From the NCBI GenBank assembly GCA_904063045.1, contig CAJFCJ010000057.1:30439-94438 (forward strand): a DNA stretch of 64,000 bases, in the 5' to 3' direction. Within the stretch, counting starts at the first letter, position 1, and each line of letters starts with the position of its first letter. Position numbers and translations under genes: made by a program. Below, piece by piece: positions 63,305 to 64,000 of this stretch. The stretch is from Dimorphilus gyrociliatus (Eukaryota; Animalia; Annelida). The notes beneath the pieces are model-generated. The model was given only the letters and a program-made list of their open reading frames with translations, had not been told where the DNA came from and made no database searches.

Positions 63305-64000
63305 TACATAACTAAAATGAGGAGGGCATTGGTTAATCCAAAAGGCATCTTAATAAATTCAAACAAGCCAAAAGGTGTAATAAATGCTGTTTTAGACCTA
63401 TCTTCTTTCTTGATGTTAATGTGGTGGTATGCACTTGTCAAATCCATTGTAGAAAAGAATTTATTTCCTCCTCCCAAATGGTCAAAAAGATCATCTTGAT
63501 TTGGCAGTGGATACTTGTTTTTAACTGTCATTTTGTTTAGTTTTCTATAATCTACACACATTCGTAGACTACCTTCCTTCTTTCTTACGAAAACAATTGG
63601 TGAAGCCCAATTGCTCTTGCTTGGTTGAATAACTTTGCTTTTTACCAATTCAGCTATCTGTTGCTTACATTCTTCTTGTTTTTGAGGAGGCATTCTATAT
63701 GGCCTTTGTCTATATGGTGTTGAACCTGGTTCAAGAGTTATTTCCAAGGGTGGTACCTCTGGATTGCCAATATCAAATCTGTCTTCTGCAATAGTTTCTT
63801 TTATTTGCCAGAATTTGGGTAACTTTGTTCTTCATCTCGGATTTCTTGTTCAATTGTTGTCTGAAGGTATGTATTTGACTCTCATTCTTTTTCATAATAA
63901 GAGGAACTGGGTTAAAACCCTTTGAAAGATAAGTGTTGTGTTCCAACAGGGTAATTCTTTTCTGTACCTGGCTGGAGTATAATCTGTCTCTTGCCAAAGT
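63304..64000 (-). CDS. pol: pol: pre-RT linker and RT N-terminal half, one frameshift near 63800
   Basis: RQRPYRMP, WASPIVFVRKKEGSLRMCVDYRKLN, YPLP, DLTSAYHHI, KTAFITPFG, MPFGLTNA. Confidence 0.9.

Larger units (their letters stand above)
56938..64000 (-). mobile_element. Env-bearing Ty3/Gypsy LTR retrotransposon; 5' part lies beyond the window
   Basis: 3' LTR, PPT, RT (YLDD), RNase H (TDAS), integrase, retropepsin, envelope-like ORF. Confidence 0.95.

Noticed and set aside
63773-63830. Programmed gag-pol frameshift
   Set aside because: No X XXY YYZ slippery heptamer, and the upstream frame reads like the usual pre-RT linker, so a one-base homopolymer indel explains it.

Overview
AT-rich eukaryotic DNA with short GT-AG introns (mostly about 45-70 nt) and one 10-N assembly gap at 37352-37361. 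It looks like a compact invertebrate genome; an annelid/lophotrochozoan such as Dimorphilus is my guess, not something the sequence proves. Host genes: a RING/B-box/coiled-coil/LRR gene, a discoidin-like secreted protein, an intronless DUF985 cupin, a BC-box-type LRR protein, a CUB-TM protein, a very large multi-exon Roco-TIR gene (15107-26290), an SRCR/LDLa/LRR GPCR (GRL101-like) with scattered paralog relics, GMDS, a rhodopsin-family GPCR, a vWA protein and several orphans. Mobile DNA: several Mutator/MULE copies and MITEs, a foldback repeat family, Gypsy relics, and a young Ty3/Gypsy element running off the right edge. Two features stand out. (1) The Gypsy pol continues past integrase into a retropepsin, an acidic linker and a class III-like (gB/rhabdovirus-G-like) envelope, giving the order RT-RH-IN-PR-Env. 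(2) The Roco gene appears to encode IFT54-like CH domain - pseudo-Roc/COR - LRR - Roc/COR - TIR(no Glu) - TIR(Glu) - CaaX. All exon models and family calls were made by eye and are unverified by database search.
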